Below are positions 29,736 to 40,560 of a stretch of 64,000 nt of DNA, piece after piece. The translations under genes were made by a program, and so were the position numbers. The stretch lies in the NCBI GenBank assembly GCA_050943115.1, contig JBMNON010000003.1, positions 28,565-92,564 on the forward strand, written 5' to 3'. The notes beneath the pieces are model-generated. The model was not told the origin of the DNA. It searched no databases and saw only the letters and a list, made by a program, of their open reading frames with translations. The number at the start of each line of letters is the position of its first letter. Positions within the stretch are counted from its first letter, which is position 1. The DNA comes from Patescibacteria group bacterium (GTDB lineage: Bacteria; Patescibacteriota; Microgenomatia; UBA12405).

Positions 29736-30384
29736 ACAATTGGAGAATGTGCCAGTAGATTTTTTCAGCGATAATCTTGAGAGTGTTTTCCGGATTATTT
29801 AATGTATTGGGTTGTGATACTTTAATAATCATAATGATCTGTTTTTGGGGAACAGTAATAAGCGAGCGGGAGACGATTGAGTCAGTTTCTGAGACAAAAA
29901 GCTCCTGGACTTTGGCTCCAGCAGGAAGGATTGAGGCGATAGGGCCGGATTCGGAGACGGGAGAAGCCATCAGGGATTGAATAACGGAAGGATCGTTATA
30001 ATCAGAAAACGAACCAGTTGGATCATGTTTCCAAGTGAAAGTTTCCGGTGATCCCAGGGCCTGAACATAAACGTACCAATTTGCCGGCTGTTGGTTTTCC
30101 AGAATTAAGGATATTTTTGAGTCGAGCGAATCGCTTTTGACGGGGTTGGTGTTTTTTTTAAAAGGAAGATTAAGATTAAGGGATATTCGGGGAAATTTTT
30201 GGGTGTCAATTACGGTTTTGATTGATCTATAAGCCCAAAAAACAAAACTCAAGCCGACAGTTAACAGAAGAAAAATTACCACAAACCGCCGTTTGCTGCT
30301 GATTTTCTCTTCGCTACTTATCGAGTTAACAAGATCAAGTTGTTGGGGTTGGTTCTTCTTGTTCTTTTCGGGTTTTGGCAACAT
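29728..30384 (-). CDS. hypothetical membrane-anchored protein
   Basis: Single N-terminal TM (FVVIFLLLTVGLSFVFWAY), no motif. Confidence 0.4.
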   Translation of the reverse strand: MLPKPEKNKKNQPQQLDLVNSISSEEKISSKRRFVVIFLLLTVGLSFVFWAYRSIKTVIDTQKFPRISLNLNLPFKKNTNPVKSDSLDSKISLILENQQPANWYVYVQALGSPETFTWKHDPTGSFSDYNDPSVIQSLMASPVSESGPIASILPAGAKVQELFVSETDSIVSRSLITVPQKQIIMIIKVSQPNTLNNPENTLKIIAEKIYWHILQLSS

Positions 30385-30385
30385 A

Positions 30386-31324
30386 TTATTGGATGATGGA
30401 TTTTATCTTATTTTTGGTCAGGAGTCCGGTTTTGGCACCGAGGTGGGAAACGACAGAAGCTGAGTTTTTGAGAGCCCAAAGGAGAGAGGTGTCAAGCGTG
30501 TGTCCGTAAATGAGGGAAGCAACAAAAGTAGAGCCAAAGGAGTCACCAGCACCAGTTTCGTCGACGGGTTGAGTGTTGATTACCGGAGAGAAGAGATTTT
30601 GGTCTGGAGTAAGAATATGAGCACCATGGCGGCCATTGGTAACAGCAATGATCTTGGACTTAAATGAAAGAAGTTTATTCCAGAAGTCGGGATGAGTAAT
30701 GGAGAGGTTGGTGAGTGTTTCTGACTCTTCTTTATTTAGAAGTAAGAAGTCAACATGCTGAAGGAGAGGAATCAGGGCCTGCCGTTTTGAAAGTTCACGG
30801 CGCCCGGGATTAAGAGAAATTTTTATTTTGTTTTCAAGGGCAAAGCCAATGAGTTTTTCCAGTAGGTCTAAATTACCTTCGAGAGATGTGATATAAAACC
30901 ACTTGGTATGAGCAATTCTTGACCAGGTGATATGTTTGTCCTGGAGATAGGAGTTACCCCGGTTGGTCAATATGGTACGACCACCATCTTGACTTACCAG
31001 GATAATTGAGTAATCAGTAGATTCTGTTTTGGGGCGTACAAGAAGCGAGGAGTCGACTTTATCAGTTTGGAGATCATTTAGGACAAAAGTTGACAAGGGG
31101 TCGGAGCCAAGAAGGGCAAGGCAGGCAGTATTAAGTTTGAGGCGAGAGAAGGAAACTGAGGCGTTGGTAGCTCCCCCACCAGAAGAAATGAGGCTGTGGG
31201 AAATTTCGTTTTTGGAAGAAGATGGCAAGGAGATCAAACCATCAGCAACCCGATACTGAAGCGATTTGGCAAATATATCTACAGTAGCGGCACCGATAGT
31301 AATGATGTCAAATGTTTTGGGCAA
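30386..31324 (-). CDS. PfkB-family carbohydrate kinase (ribokinase-like)
   Basis: N-terminal GxGxxD region, C-terminal DETGAGDSFGSTFV (DTxGAGD). Confidence 0.75.
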   Translation of the reverse strand: MPKTFDIITIGAATVDIFAKSLQYRVADGLISLPSSSKNEISHSLISSGGGATNASVSFSRLKLNTACLALLGSDPLSTFVLNDLQTDKVDSSLLVRPKTESTDYSIILVSQDGGRTILTNRGNSYLQDKHITWSRIAHTKWFYITSLEGNLDLLEKLIGFALENKIKISLNPGRRELSKRQALIPLLQHVDFLLLNKEESETLTNLSITHPDFWNKLLSFKSKIIAVTNGRHGAHILTPDQNLFSPVINTQPVDETGAGDSFGSTFVASLIYGHTLDTSLLWALKNSASVVSHLGAKTGLLTKNKIKSIIQ

Positions 31325-32144
31325 ATTGATTAAGCCTGGTAACTATTAATGTTTTGATATCGGCGATCACAGGAGCAAGGTATTCGTAAATTTTTTCGGA
31401 CTGGTTGCCATCAAGCTGTTTTTGAAGGGATTTCCTAAATTCCAGGCGGAGTTCAGTATTGATATTAATTTTGGTTATGCCAAGTTTAATAGCTTTCTGA
31501 ATCTCTTGGTTATCGATACCTGAACCACCATGAAGGGTGAGAAAATTATCCGGCAGGGACTGGGAGATGGAGTCAAGGAGTCCCAAGTCGAGTTTTTCGG
31601 GAGTCTTGGCACTAACTCCGTGAAGATTACCAATGGACACAGCCAGGAGGTCAGCTCCAGTGGTAATCATAAATTCCTTGGCCTGAACAGGATCGGTAAA
31701 GCTATCCGTCGACAAGTGGGAGTCGACTAATTCAATTTTATTGAATTCAACTTCGATAAGTTTTTCGGGAGAAGCAGAGCGGATGGCAGCAACCAAATTT
31801 TTGGCTGCAAAGGTATTTTCTTCAAGGGAAAGGGAAGAACCATCAAAGTGAGCCATATCAAAACCAAGCGAGAGGAGATAGCTGAGTTCCGGAGGAATTT
31901 TCCCATGGTCCATATTAAGGTAAATCGGCAAACCATCGATTTGAGCTTTTTTAACCAGCATCAAGAGACGTTCGGCTTCAATAAACTTGTCTTCACTGGG
32001 GGACAGTTGGACAATAGCAGGCAGATTGGTTTGGTCAACTGCAAGCTCGACTGCCTGATAAATCTCGAAAGAATCAATGTTGAAGGCGGGGAGGGCTTTG
32101 CCCTGTTTTTTATAGTCCTGTAAGACTTGACGGAGTGGTTTCAT
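31308..32144 (-). CDS. fba: class II fructose-bisphosphate (or tagatose-bisphosphate) aldolase
   Basis: ALPAFNI...MDHG...LAVSIGNLHG...LHGGSG zinc-aldolase motifs. Confidence 0.85.
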   Translation of the reverse strand: MKPLRQVLQDYKKQGKALPAFNIDSFEIYQAVELAVDQTNLPAIVQLSPSEDKFIEAERLLMLVKKAQIDGLPIYLNMDHGKIPPELSYLLSLGFDMAHFDGSSLSLEENTFAAKNLVAAIRSASPEKLIEVEFNKIELVDSHLSTDSFTDPVQAKEFMITTGADLLAVSIGNLHGVSAKTPEKLDLGLLDSISQSLPDNFLTLHGGSGIDNQEIQKAIKLGITKININTELRLEFRKSLQKQLDGNQSEKIYEYLAPVIADIKTLIVTRLNQFAQNI

Positions 32145-33085
32145 CTTTTTATTAATTTGGCGATGCTGGCTTTTAGAGATTCCGGGCCAATGCCATAAAA
32201 ATTATAAAGTTCAGGGAGATCTTTGCCGGATTGACCAAACTGACCTTTAACAGCTAAATGAATAAATCGGGGCGAAAGTTGAGATGATAAAAGGAGAGAA
32301 GCAACAGCTTGTCCCAGTCCCCCATTTTGCTGATGGTCTTCGAGGACGAGAAGGCGACCGGTTTTTTTTACACTTTTCTTAATAATAACTTCATCGAGCG
32401 GTTTAAGGGAGGAACAGTTAATGATTTCAAGGGAAATATCGGTGTCTTTTTGGAATTCCAGAACTTGAGCCAGAATCGGACCATAGGAGAGAACGGTGAT
32501 ATCCCGACCGGTTTTGACGGGATAAGACTTGCCAATGACAAAAGAATTTTTGAGAGAGGTAATGTTGGGAGTAACCGGGCGGACCAGGCGAAGATAGGCG
32601 GGTTTTTTGCTACGCAGAAGACAGCGGACAATTTTTTCAGTTTCCAAAGCATCGGCTGGGGCGAAGACTTCCATGTTGGGAAGAGAGCCCATAAGAGCAA
32701 CATCTTCTAGCATTTGATGGGTGGCACCAAGATCACCGGAAAGAAGACCTGAATGAGAACCAACAATTTTGACATTGGCATTGTTGTAGCAAATAGATTG
32801 CTTGATAATAGCCCAGTTTATGGCCGGAGAAAAGCAAGAAAAAGAGGTCAGGAAGACGACTTTACCGGATTTGGCCAGGCCGGCAGCAACTCCGGCAGCA
32901 TTGGCTTCAGCAACTCCACACTCAATAAATCGTTTGGGGTAGCGGGAAGCAAACTTGTTTAGGTAGAGGGAAGATTTTAGATCAGCATTAACCACGTAGA
33001 GATTCTTATTAGTCCTGGCTAATTTATATATTGTTTGACCGAAAGCTTGGCGGATGGATAGTGGAGTTTTATTTTTTGAGTTCAT
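32141..33085 (-). CDS. transketolase, C-terminal (pyrimidine-binding + C-terminal domain) subunit
   Basis: FGQTIYKLA...FIECGVAEANAAGVAAGLA...GDLGATHQ. ORF track extends to 33226, but M at 33085 (MNSKNKTPLSIRQAFGQ) is the likely start. Confidence 0.8.
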   Translation of the reverse strand: MNSKNKTPLSIRQAFGQTIYKLARTNKNLYVVNADLKSSLYLNKFASRYPKRFIECGVAEANAAGVAAGLAKSGKVVFLTSFSCFSPAINWAIIKQSICYNNANVKIVGSHSGLLSGDLGATHQMLEDVALMGSLPNMEVFAPADALETEKIVRCLLRSKKPAYLRLVRPVTPNITSLKNSFVIGKSYPVKTGRDITVLSYGPILAQVLEFQKDTDISLEIINCSSLKPLDEVIIKKSVKKTGRLLVLEDHQQNGGLGQAVASLLLSSQLSPRFIHLAVKGQFGQSGKDLPELYNFYGIGPESLKASIAKLIKR

Positions 33086-33854
33086 TTTGAGCCTGTTGGT
33101 ACAGTTTGTCCGGTAAATGTTTGATGTCGTGATATTGATAATTCCCCTCCATGAAAGAAATGCCTTTACCAAAAGTGGTCTGGGCAATAATACAATGAGG
33201 GTAGCGGGAGCCAAGCGAATTTTCAAAAGCCTTCTGGACTTGTTTTATGTTGTGACCACTGACATGAGTGACGGACCAACCAAAACTAATATATTTTTGG
33301 GCCAGATTGCCAAGCGGCATAATATCGTCGGTAGCTCCATCAATCTGATAACCGTTGGCGTCAACAATGTTGATAAGGTTGCCAAGATGATATTTGCGGG
33401 CAAACATGGCGGCTTCCCAAATTTGACCCTCCTGGTGTTCGCCATCAGATGTCAGACAAATGGAAAAGTGTTTTTTGTCACCCAGGGCTAAACCAGCAGC
33501 AAAAGACAAGCCTTGTCCAAGCGATCCGGAGGAGTATTCAACACCCGGAGTATTAGTAGAAATATGGCCCTGGAGCCGGGACTTAAACTGGGAATAGGTT
33601 TGAAGATGGCTTTTGGGGAAAAACCCTTTGCTGGCAAGAACAGCGTAAAGGGCAGGAGCCAGATGACCGGCGGAAAGAGTAAAGTGATCGGATGGGAAAC
33701 TGAAAAGCGAAGAATAATAGACGGCAATCATAAGATCAAGGGAAGAAAGCGAGCCGCCAATGTGACCACCGTTTTGGTATATCATATCAAGGAGATTTAG
33801 GCGTAAATCAGATGAAAGAGTAGAAAAATTTTGCTTTTGGGCAGAAAAGAACAT
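33069..33854 (-). CDS. transketolase, N-terminal (thiamine-diphosphate-binding) subunit
   Basis: GGHIGGSLS, GHLAPALYAVL, LTSDGEHQEGQIWEA.. split-gene arrangement with the downstream subunit (17-nt overlap). Confidence 0.8.
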   Translation of the reverse strand: MFFSAQKQNFSTLSSDLRLNLLDMIYQNGGHIGGSLSSLDLMIAVYYSSLFSFPSDHFTLSAGHLAPALYAVLASKGFFPKSHLQTYSQFKSRLQGHISTNTPGVEYSSGSLGQGLSFAAGLALGDKKHFSICLTSDGEHQEGQIWEAAMFARKYHLGNLINIVDANGYQIDGATDDIMPLGNLAQKYISFGWSVTHVSGHNIKQVQKAFENSLGSRYPHCIIAQTTFGKGISFMEGNYQYHDIKHLPDKLYQQAQNELKK

Positions 33855-33932
33855 AATTAAGTATAAATAGGAAGTTATTGTTAGTAAACACTTTTGGTAT
33901 CAAGCAAGAAGATTGTGGTAAATTAAGGAGCC

Positions 33933-34433
33933 GTGAAAAAGTTTTATAAAAAGTATTATAAAAGTATAAAAAGCTTCGTTTTAAAAAGAGTTGATGATGA
34001 GGGGGTGGCAGAAGAACTGGTCAATGATATTTTGTACTCGGGAATGAAGTCACTTGTAACATACCAGGGTAACGGTTCAGAATTCAGCTGGTTATGCGGA
34101 ATCGCAAAACATAAAATTGTTGATTACTATAGGAAGAAAAAAATAAAGACTATCCTGTTTTCCAGCAGTCCGGTTTTTGAAGAAGTTGCCGATGCGGCCT
34201 TATCACCGGAAAGAGATTGCCTAAAAAACGAACTGGTTGATGAAATCGAAGCGACTTTGGGTGAAATAAACGAAGGATATAAGAAAATATTGCGACTAAA
34301 GTATATAGACGGCCTGAAAGTCAAAGAGATTGCCAAAGTACTAAAGGTAAGCGGAAAAGCAGTAGAATCAAAGCTGATACGCGCCAAAAAAAGTTTCAGG
34401 CTAGCCTGGAACTATGATAAGAAGGGTAAGTAA
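33933..34433 (+). CDS. RNA polymerase sigma-70 factor, ECF subfamily
   Basis: Region 2 (ELVNDILYSG...W) and region 4 HTH (YKKILRLKYIDGLKVKEIAKVLKVSGKAVESKLIRAKK). Confidence 0.8.
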   Translation: MKKFYKKYYKSIKSFVLKRVDDEGVAEELVNDILYSGMKSLVTYQGNGSEFSWLCGIAKHKIVDYYRKKKIKTILFSSSPVFEEVADAALSPERDCLKNELVDEIEATLGEINEGYKKILRLKYIDGLKVKEIAKVLKVSGKAVESKLIRAKKSFRLAWNYDKKGK

Positions 34434-34752
34434 AATAATTACATTAAGTTTTCTAATTGCTATAAGACAAAGCTGGAGATTTGTTTGTAACTTGTATCTA
34501 ATCTCCTACCAGCCGTATTTGACGATAAGAAACCTGCTAGAACAAAAAGATAAATCTCAATTGTTTTTACTGGGAGTTTTAGCGATTTCGCCTGCTGTAA
34601 CCTACACCTTGGGCCGCGTAATTTGGGATATGTACCATTACGGTGGAGTATTAACTTCAGTGGGGTGGGTGTTTCTGTTTATGCTTATTTTGCAGAGTGT
34701 AGTATGGGGGTATTTGGGGTATTGGTTTTGGAGGGTAATTAAAAACAAATGA
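34414..34752 (+). CDS. small membrane protein, possible anti-sigma partner of the ECF sigma factor
   Basis: Overlaps the sigma factor stop by 20 nt. 3 hydrophobic segments. No motif. Confidence 0.35.
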   Translation: MIRRVSKIITLSFLIAIRQSWRFVCNLYLISYQPYLTIRNLLEQKDKSQLFLLGVLAISPAVTYTLGRVIWDMYHYGGVLTSVGWVFLFMLILQSVVWGYLGYWFWRVIKNK

Positions 34753-34943
34753 CATCAATTGCTGAGAATTGGAGAACAAGAGGGCAAAGACTAAGGCTTG
34801 AAGGGAGTAACTGTCCTAAATGTAAAATAGTTCATTTTCCACCAAGAATTATTTGTCCGGATTGTGGGTTTGACAGCCAAAAGGCAGCAAAGCCTGAGGT
34901 GATGAAGATAAGAACAGGTGAGGCCGAAGACAAAGTGGGATAG
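34749..34943 (+). CDS. zinc-ribbon small protein
   Basis: CPKC-x13-CPDC four-Cys ribbon. 4-nt overlap coupling with the upstream ORF. Confidence 0.4.
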   Translation: MTSIAENWRTRGQRLRLEGSNCPKCKIVHFPPRIICPDCGFDSQKAAKPEVMKIRTGEAEDKVG

Positions 34944-34951
34944 AATAAGTA

Positions 34952-35443
34952 ATGGGACTCAAGGAACAAAAATTACAATTTCCCGAATTAAGACAGGCCA
35001 GCTTGGGATTGCTGATTGAGGGTGAAAGAGTACTGCTTGCCATGAAAAAGAGAGGATTTGGGCAGGGTAAATGGAACGGTGTGGGGGGCAAGCCAAATGA
35101 GGGGGAAAAAATCGAGGTGGCGGCAGACCGGGAGATTTTGGAGGAAATCGGAGTGGAGGTGATTGAAAAAACAGAAGCAGGTCGAATAAATTTTTATTTT
35201 CAAAACAGACCAGAGTGGAACCAGCAGGTAGTAGTTTATCGGGTGAATTCATGGAGAGGAATCCCTAGGGAAACTGAAGAGATGGCCCCAAAATGGATTG
35301 ATTTTGACAAAGTACCATACGAGGAAATGTGGGAGGATGATAAATACTGGCTGCCGACAGTGCTTGACGGGAATCGAATGAATGCCAGTTTTTTGTTTGA
35401 TGAGAATGAAAAGCTCTTGGAGGTGGAAATAAGAGGTTTTTGA
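34952..35443 (+). CDS. NUDIX hydrolase (MutT-like)
   Basis: Nudix box GGKPNEGEKIEVAADREILEEIGVEV. Confidence 0.75.
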   Translation: MGLKEQKLQFPELRQASLGLLIEGERVLLAMKKRGFGQGKWNGVGGKPNEGEKIEVAADREILEEIGVEVIEKTEAGRINFYFQNRPEWNQQVVVYRVNSWRGIPRETEEMAPKWIDFDKVPYEEMWEDDKYWLPTVLDGNRMNASFLFDENEKLLEVEIRGF

Positions 35444-35513
35444 GACCCGGATGGGAGTCGAACCCATCTATACGGTTTTGCAGACCGCTGTCTAACCGCT
35501 TGACTACCGGGTC
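35443..35513 (-). tRNA. tRNA-Cys (GCA)
   Basis: Acceptor GACCCGG/CCGGGTC, anticodon loop CTGCAAA, T-loop GGTTCGACTCC, discriminator U (Cys identity element). Confidence 0.8.
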
Positions 35514-35576
35514 AATTTGAAAACAGTCTATTTTAACAAATTAGAGGCTTATTAGGAACAAATGCGTCTCCGGAAA

Positions 35577-37331
35577 TCAGTTGGATTTTATTAGTAAACC
35601 ACCCCATTCAACCAGGGTGAAACCTTGACGGGATGGTGCGGTTAACTGTTGTGGTTCCAGCTTGACTGGCGCATCATAACCTTCAAATTCCAAAAATATA
35701 CGAATGATAGTATCAGGCCGAGGCGAAATACTAAGAGGGGCCAAGCGATTCATGTCCTGAGTGGTTAACCAAGTTAATCGGACAAAAGGGCTGGTAGGGA
35801 GTTTGGGCTGCCAGAAATCCAGAAAGTCAGCCGCTTCTTTGGCGTTGAGGCCTAGTTGGCTCATTTGAGCTTTTAGGGTAGAAAGGAGTTTATCCTGAGT
35901 AACCAAAGTGCCCCTACGGGAGTAATTTGGATATTCCCCTTTTCCTAAACCTTCCCAAAAAAGATAGGGGTAGAACTTACCGTTGTAGATAATTTCTCCT
36001 GAAGGCTTGGCTAGCACCCGCCAACCGTCTTGGGGGTAAGCAGGATCACTTTGGGTAATATCGGCAGCGACCCTAAGGGAAATTTCAGTGTCTTGTTTGG
36101 GGTAAAGATAAATGACGGGTTTGCCACATTCCACCATGGGAGCATACTCAGAATTAATGAAAATGACCCAATCACCTTTTTTGTCCTGATAAAGAAAGTG
36201 GTTGTCTTTGGCGGCAAATTCTTCCAAGGACAAGATTGGAGGCGCCGAAGGATAATCACGACCCATTTTATATGAGTTATACAAGCTAGTAATTAGTTCA
36301 TTTGGGAAATCCTTAATCTGATAAATTTTTTCAGACGGGTTGCTAGTAAGGAAACCAATTTCTTGTTTGCCATTTAGGAGAGATGATCCGGACTTAATGA
36401 CAGTATTGGAAGAGCTGAGGCCACAGCCAGAAGGAATCCCAGGCTGATATGGGGACTTATTTTGTGTACCATCAGAAAAAGTAACGTAAGGAATGTTGTC
36501 ATCAAAAAGGAAAGGAAACTGAAGGGAATAAGTAAGAGCTGTTGAGTCAGGAAGCTTGAGATAAAGGTAGCGAGATAGAATGCTGTTGCTACCACCACCT
36601 TCTATTGGGAAAGGGATATAAACTGCGTAAAAATCTCCCTGAGTAGATTTATCAAAAACTACAGGTTTTTCTAATTTGGAGAATAACTGGGAGGAATAGT
36701 AGGAAGCCTTGAGAGGAATAGCGTTTTGGGTAGTTATGTGGTCGTGGGGTAAAAGACCGAGAGTGTCGTAGGATATAAATTTAATCTTGGTCTTATCAAA
36801 GATATCATTTAACGCTGTTTTAACGTATTTGTCCGTGATTAAAGACTCAATAAAGTAATACTGATTATCCGAGTCCTTTATTATTCTAAAAGTATAATGG
36901 CTCCCGGGGCCTTCCCCTAGAACATTGCTATTAATAAGCTTGGCTCCTGTGGAAAATTCTCCAACCAAATAAGAACCGCTTTCAGGATCAAAACTATATC
37001 CAAAGTCTGAGGCATCAGGGGCTTTTAGAACATCGGGATTGGCAATTTTTTGAGGGACCGGAAGCCAGGTAATATCTCCGAACTCACCAGCCTGACTTGT
37101 TGTAACCGGTACATCAGTTGGTTGGGTGGCAACGGGTTGGATTGGGGTTTGTGATAGGGGTGGATTGCGGGAAAGGCCGTAGAAATAAGCTGCGTAAAGC
37201 ATGCCTGCAAAAAATATAGCAAAGAGTGAAAATATAAAAGCCGGACTGGGCTTGTTTTTTTTAGGGAAAGAGGGAGGGGCGGGAGGGGGAGTTTGTATTT
37301 CTGTCATAAGTAATTCTAGACCAAATTTCAT
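35577..37331 (-). CDS. large membrane-anchored extracytoplasmic protein, hypothetical
   Basis: 585-650 aa ORF. Likely start MKFGLELLMTEIQTPPP followed by TM (FIFSLFAIFFAGMLYAAYFY) and a Pro/Thr-rich linker. No motif. Confidence 0.45.
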   Translation of the reverse strand: MKFGLELLMTEIQTPPPAPPSFPKKNKPSPAFIFSLFAIFFAGMLYAAYFYGLSRNPPLSQTPIQPVATQPTDVPVTTSQAGEFGDITWLPVPQKIANPDVLKAPDASDFGYSFDPESGSYLVGEFSTGAKLINSNVLGEGPGSHYTFRIIKDSDNQYYFIESLITDKYVKTALNDIFDKTKIKFISYDTLGLLPHDHITTQNAIPLKASYYSSQLFSKLEKPVVFDKSTQGDFYAVYIPFPIEGGGSNSILSRYLYLKLPDSTALTYSLQFPFLFDDNIPYVTFSDGTQNKSPYQPGIPSGCGLSSSNTVIKSGSSLLNGKQEIGFLTSNPSEKIYQIKDFPNELITSLYNSYKMGRDYPSAPPILSLEEFAAKDNHFLYQDKKGDWVIFINSEYAPMVECGKPVIYLYPKQDTEISLRVAADITQSDPAYPQDGWRVLAKPSGEIIYNGKFYPYLFWEGLGKGEYPNYSRRGTLVTQDKLLSTLKAQMSQLGLNAKEAADFLDFWQPKLPTSPFVRLTWLTTQDMNRLAPLSISPRPDTIIRIFLEFEGYDAPVKLEPQQLTAPSRQGFTLVEWGGLLIKSN

Positions 37332-38385
37332 CAATTTGGTAAGTTGATAAGTCAGGTATAGTGCTAAGGTATGAGAAAACTTGGTTTTGCTTTTCCTCTC
37401 CTTTAACAAAATAGGTGCGGCCTTGTTGGATGCTTGTCGGCAGGAGATAGAGAGTGACATTTTGAGAATCATAAAACCCTGACAAAACCATATTTGGAGG
37501 CAGGCCGGCTCTGGCTTGAAACTTGTCCGTTCCATAAAAAAAACGATCTCCCAGGCTGGTACTATTTGGAGATTGATCTATCTGATAAGGAAGATAAGTG
37601 AATGTTTGGATATCATTTTTGTAGGGTGGAAACAAGGAGCGCTGATAGAAGGCCATAACATGAGTGGTGGTTTCGTGATCCGGATTATGAAAAATAAAAC
37701 CTGAATTGGTATGAGAGAAAAGTTCAAATTTTTGTGCTTGCTTGTGGAGGGCAATTTTTGTTAGTAAATAAAGTGATTGAGGACTATCTACTTCCAAATC
37801 CCCTATCTGGTCTAATTCTAAATTATTAAGGACGCGCAAGCTCTTCTGATCGTGAACATGGGCAAGGGCGGCGGGAAGATAGTGAGAAAAATCAACAGAA
37901 GCAAGAAGAAGACAGTCAAAGCCGCATACGGATTGGAGCTTACTAATCAGAGGTTCAAGGTTTTCCAGTTCTACATCCTGACCGATTAGAATCGGAAAAA
38001 TGGAGGCATTCGGCCAGAGACGCTTAATGTCGGTAGTCAGGTTATGGATGGAGTGGTCGTTTTTGACCAAGAGATTGTCGAGGTCTAGAAGAGAATTAAG
38101 GTGAGTCTCGAGGTAGTCTGCAAATTTTAAGGTGCCACTGGAGAGATTCCAAGGTTGGTTGCCGTAAACCATCTTTGATTGATAAGGAGAAAAATGATCC
38201 GGGCCAATAATTACAATAGATTTTGTTATGGGGCGCTGCGATTTTATTTGGGTTAAAAACTTTTGCCGGGTATCTGCAACCAGGTTATGATGAGGAAGAA
38301 CAGCGACAAGCGGTTGGAAATAGAAACGGGAAAGGATGTGAAGAAAAAGCAGGATTAAATCAAGGATGAGTAGTTTTTTGAGCAC
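37261..38385 (-). CDS. MEMO1/AmmeMemoRadiSam-system-protein-B-like protein with N-terminal TM (putative)
   Basis: VIIGPDHFSPY and LLLASVDFSHY resemble Memo-family motifs (HAGYxYSG; SsDLSHY). The ORF track start (TTG at 38412) lies inside the groEL terminator hairpin, so GTG at 38385 (VLKKLLILDLILLF...) is preferred. Confidence 0.35.
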   Translation of the reverse strand: MLKKLLILDLILLFLHILSRFYFQPLVAVLPHHNLVADTRQKFLTQIKSQRPITKSIVIIGPDHFSPYQSKMVYGNQPWNLSSGTLKFADYLETHLNSLLDLDNLLVKNDHSIHNLTTDIKRLWPNASIFPILIGQDVELENLEPLISKLQSVCGFDCLLLASVDFSHYLPAALAHVHDQKSLRVLNNLELDQIGDLEVDSPQSLYLLTKIALHKQAQKFELFSHTNSGFIFHNPDHETTTHVMAFYQRSLFPPYKNDIQTFTYLPYQIDQSPNSTSLGDRFFYGTDKFQARAGLPPNMVLSGFYDSQNVTLYLLPTSIQQGRTYFVKGEEKQNQVFSYLSTIPDLSTYQIDEIWSRITYDRNTNSPSRPSLFP

Positions 38386-38390
38386 TAACT

Positions 38391-38422
38391 GATAATAACA
38401 AAAGCCCCGCAAAAGCGGGGCT
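38391..38422 (-). terminator. rho-independent terminator of groES-groEL
   Basis: Stem AGCCCCGC-aaaa-GCGGGGCT (38403..38422). On the minus strand it is followed by UUUUGUUAUUAU. Confidence 0.7.
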
Positions 38423-38444
38423 TAGGTATAAATATCAAAGAGAC

Positions 38445-40100
<1,656 letters not shown>

Positions 40101-40122
40101 TTACTTTTAATTAATAATTAAT

Positions 40123-40425
40123 TTACTTAATGGTGGCCATGACATCCTCGAACTTGAGAATGAGGAGTTCTTCTTGGCCTTCACGGTATTCCTTACCACC
40201 CCATTCGCGATAGATGATAGTGTCGCCAGCTTTGACAGGAGAGGTTTTGGGTGTGCCGTAATCATTAACAAATTCGTCGCCGACAGCCAAGACTTGGCCT
40301 TGTTGAGGCTTATCTTCGGCAGTATCGGGAAGAACGATACCACTTTCAGTGGTCTTGTCCCGTTTCTGGGGCTTGACTAAAATATAACCGGGGGCGGGTT
40401 GAATCTTGGATTTGGTTTCTGGCAT
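40123..40425 (-). CDS. groS: co-chaperonin GroES (10 kDa)
   Basis: IQPAPGYILVK...ESGIVLPDTA...GQVLAVG. Confidence 0.9.
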   Translation of the reverse strand: MPETKSKIQPAPGYILVKPQKRDKTTESGIVLPDTAEDKPQQGQVLAVGDEFVNDYGTPKTSPVKAGDTIIYREWGGKEYREGQEELLILKFEDVMATIK

Positions 40426-40470
40426 GTTTGGTAAAAATAATTAATAATTAATGGCAGTAGTTAGTTTATT

Positions 40471-40497
40471 TTATCACTCATATTAGATGAGTGCTAA
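40471..40497 (-). promoter_or_regulatory. CIRCE operator (HrcA binding site) upstream of groES
   Basis: TTATCACTC-N9-GAGTGCTAA (consensus TTAGCACTC-N9-GAGTGCTAA), 46-72 nt upstream of the groES start. Confidence 0.8.
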
Positions 40498-40560
40498 TAT
40501 TTTAAGCAAGAGTATGTAGGAGGTCAAGGGGGTAAGGGTTAAAATAAATACAAGAGATAT

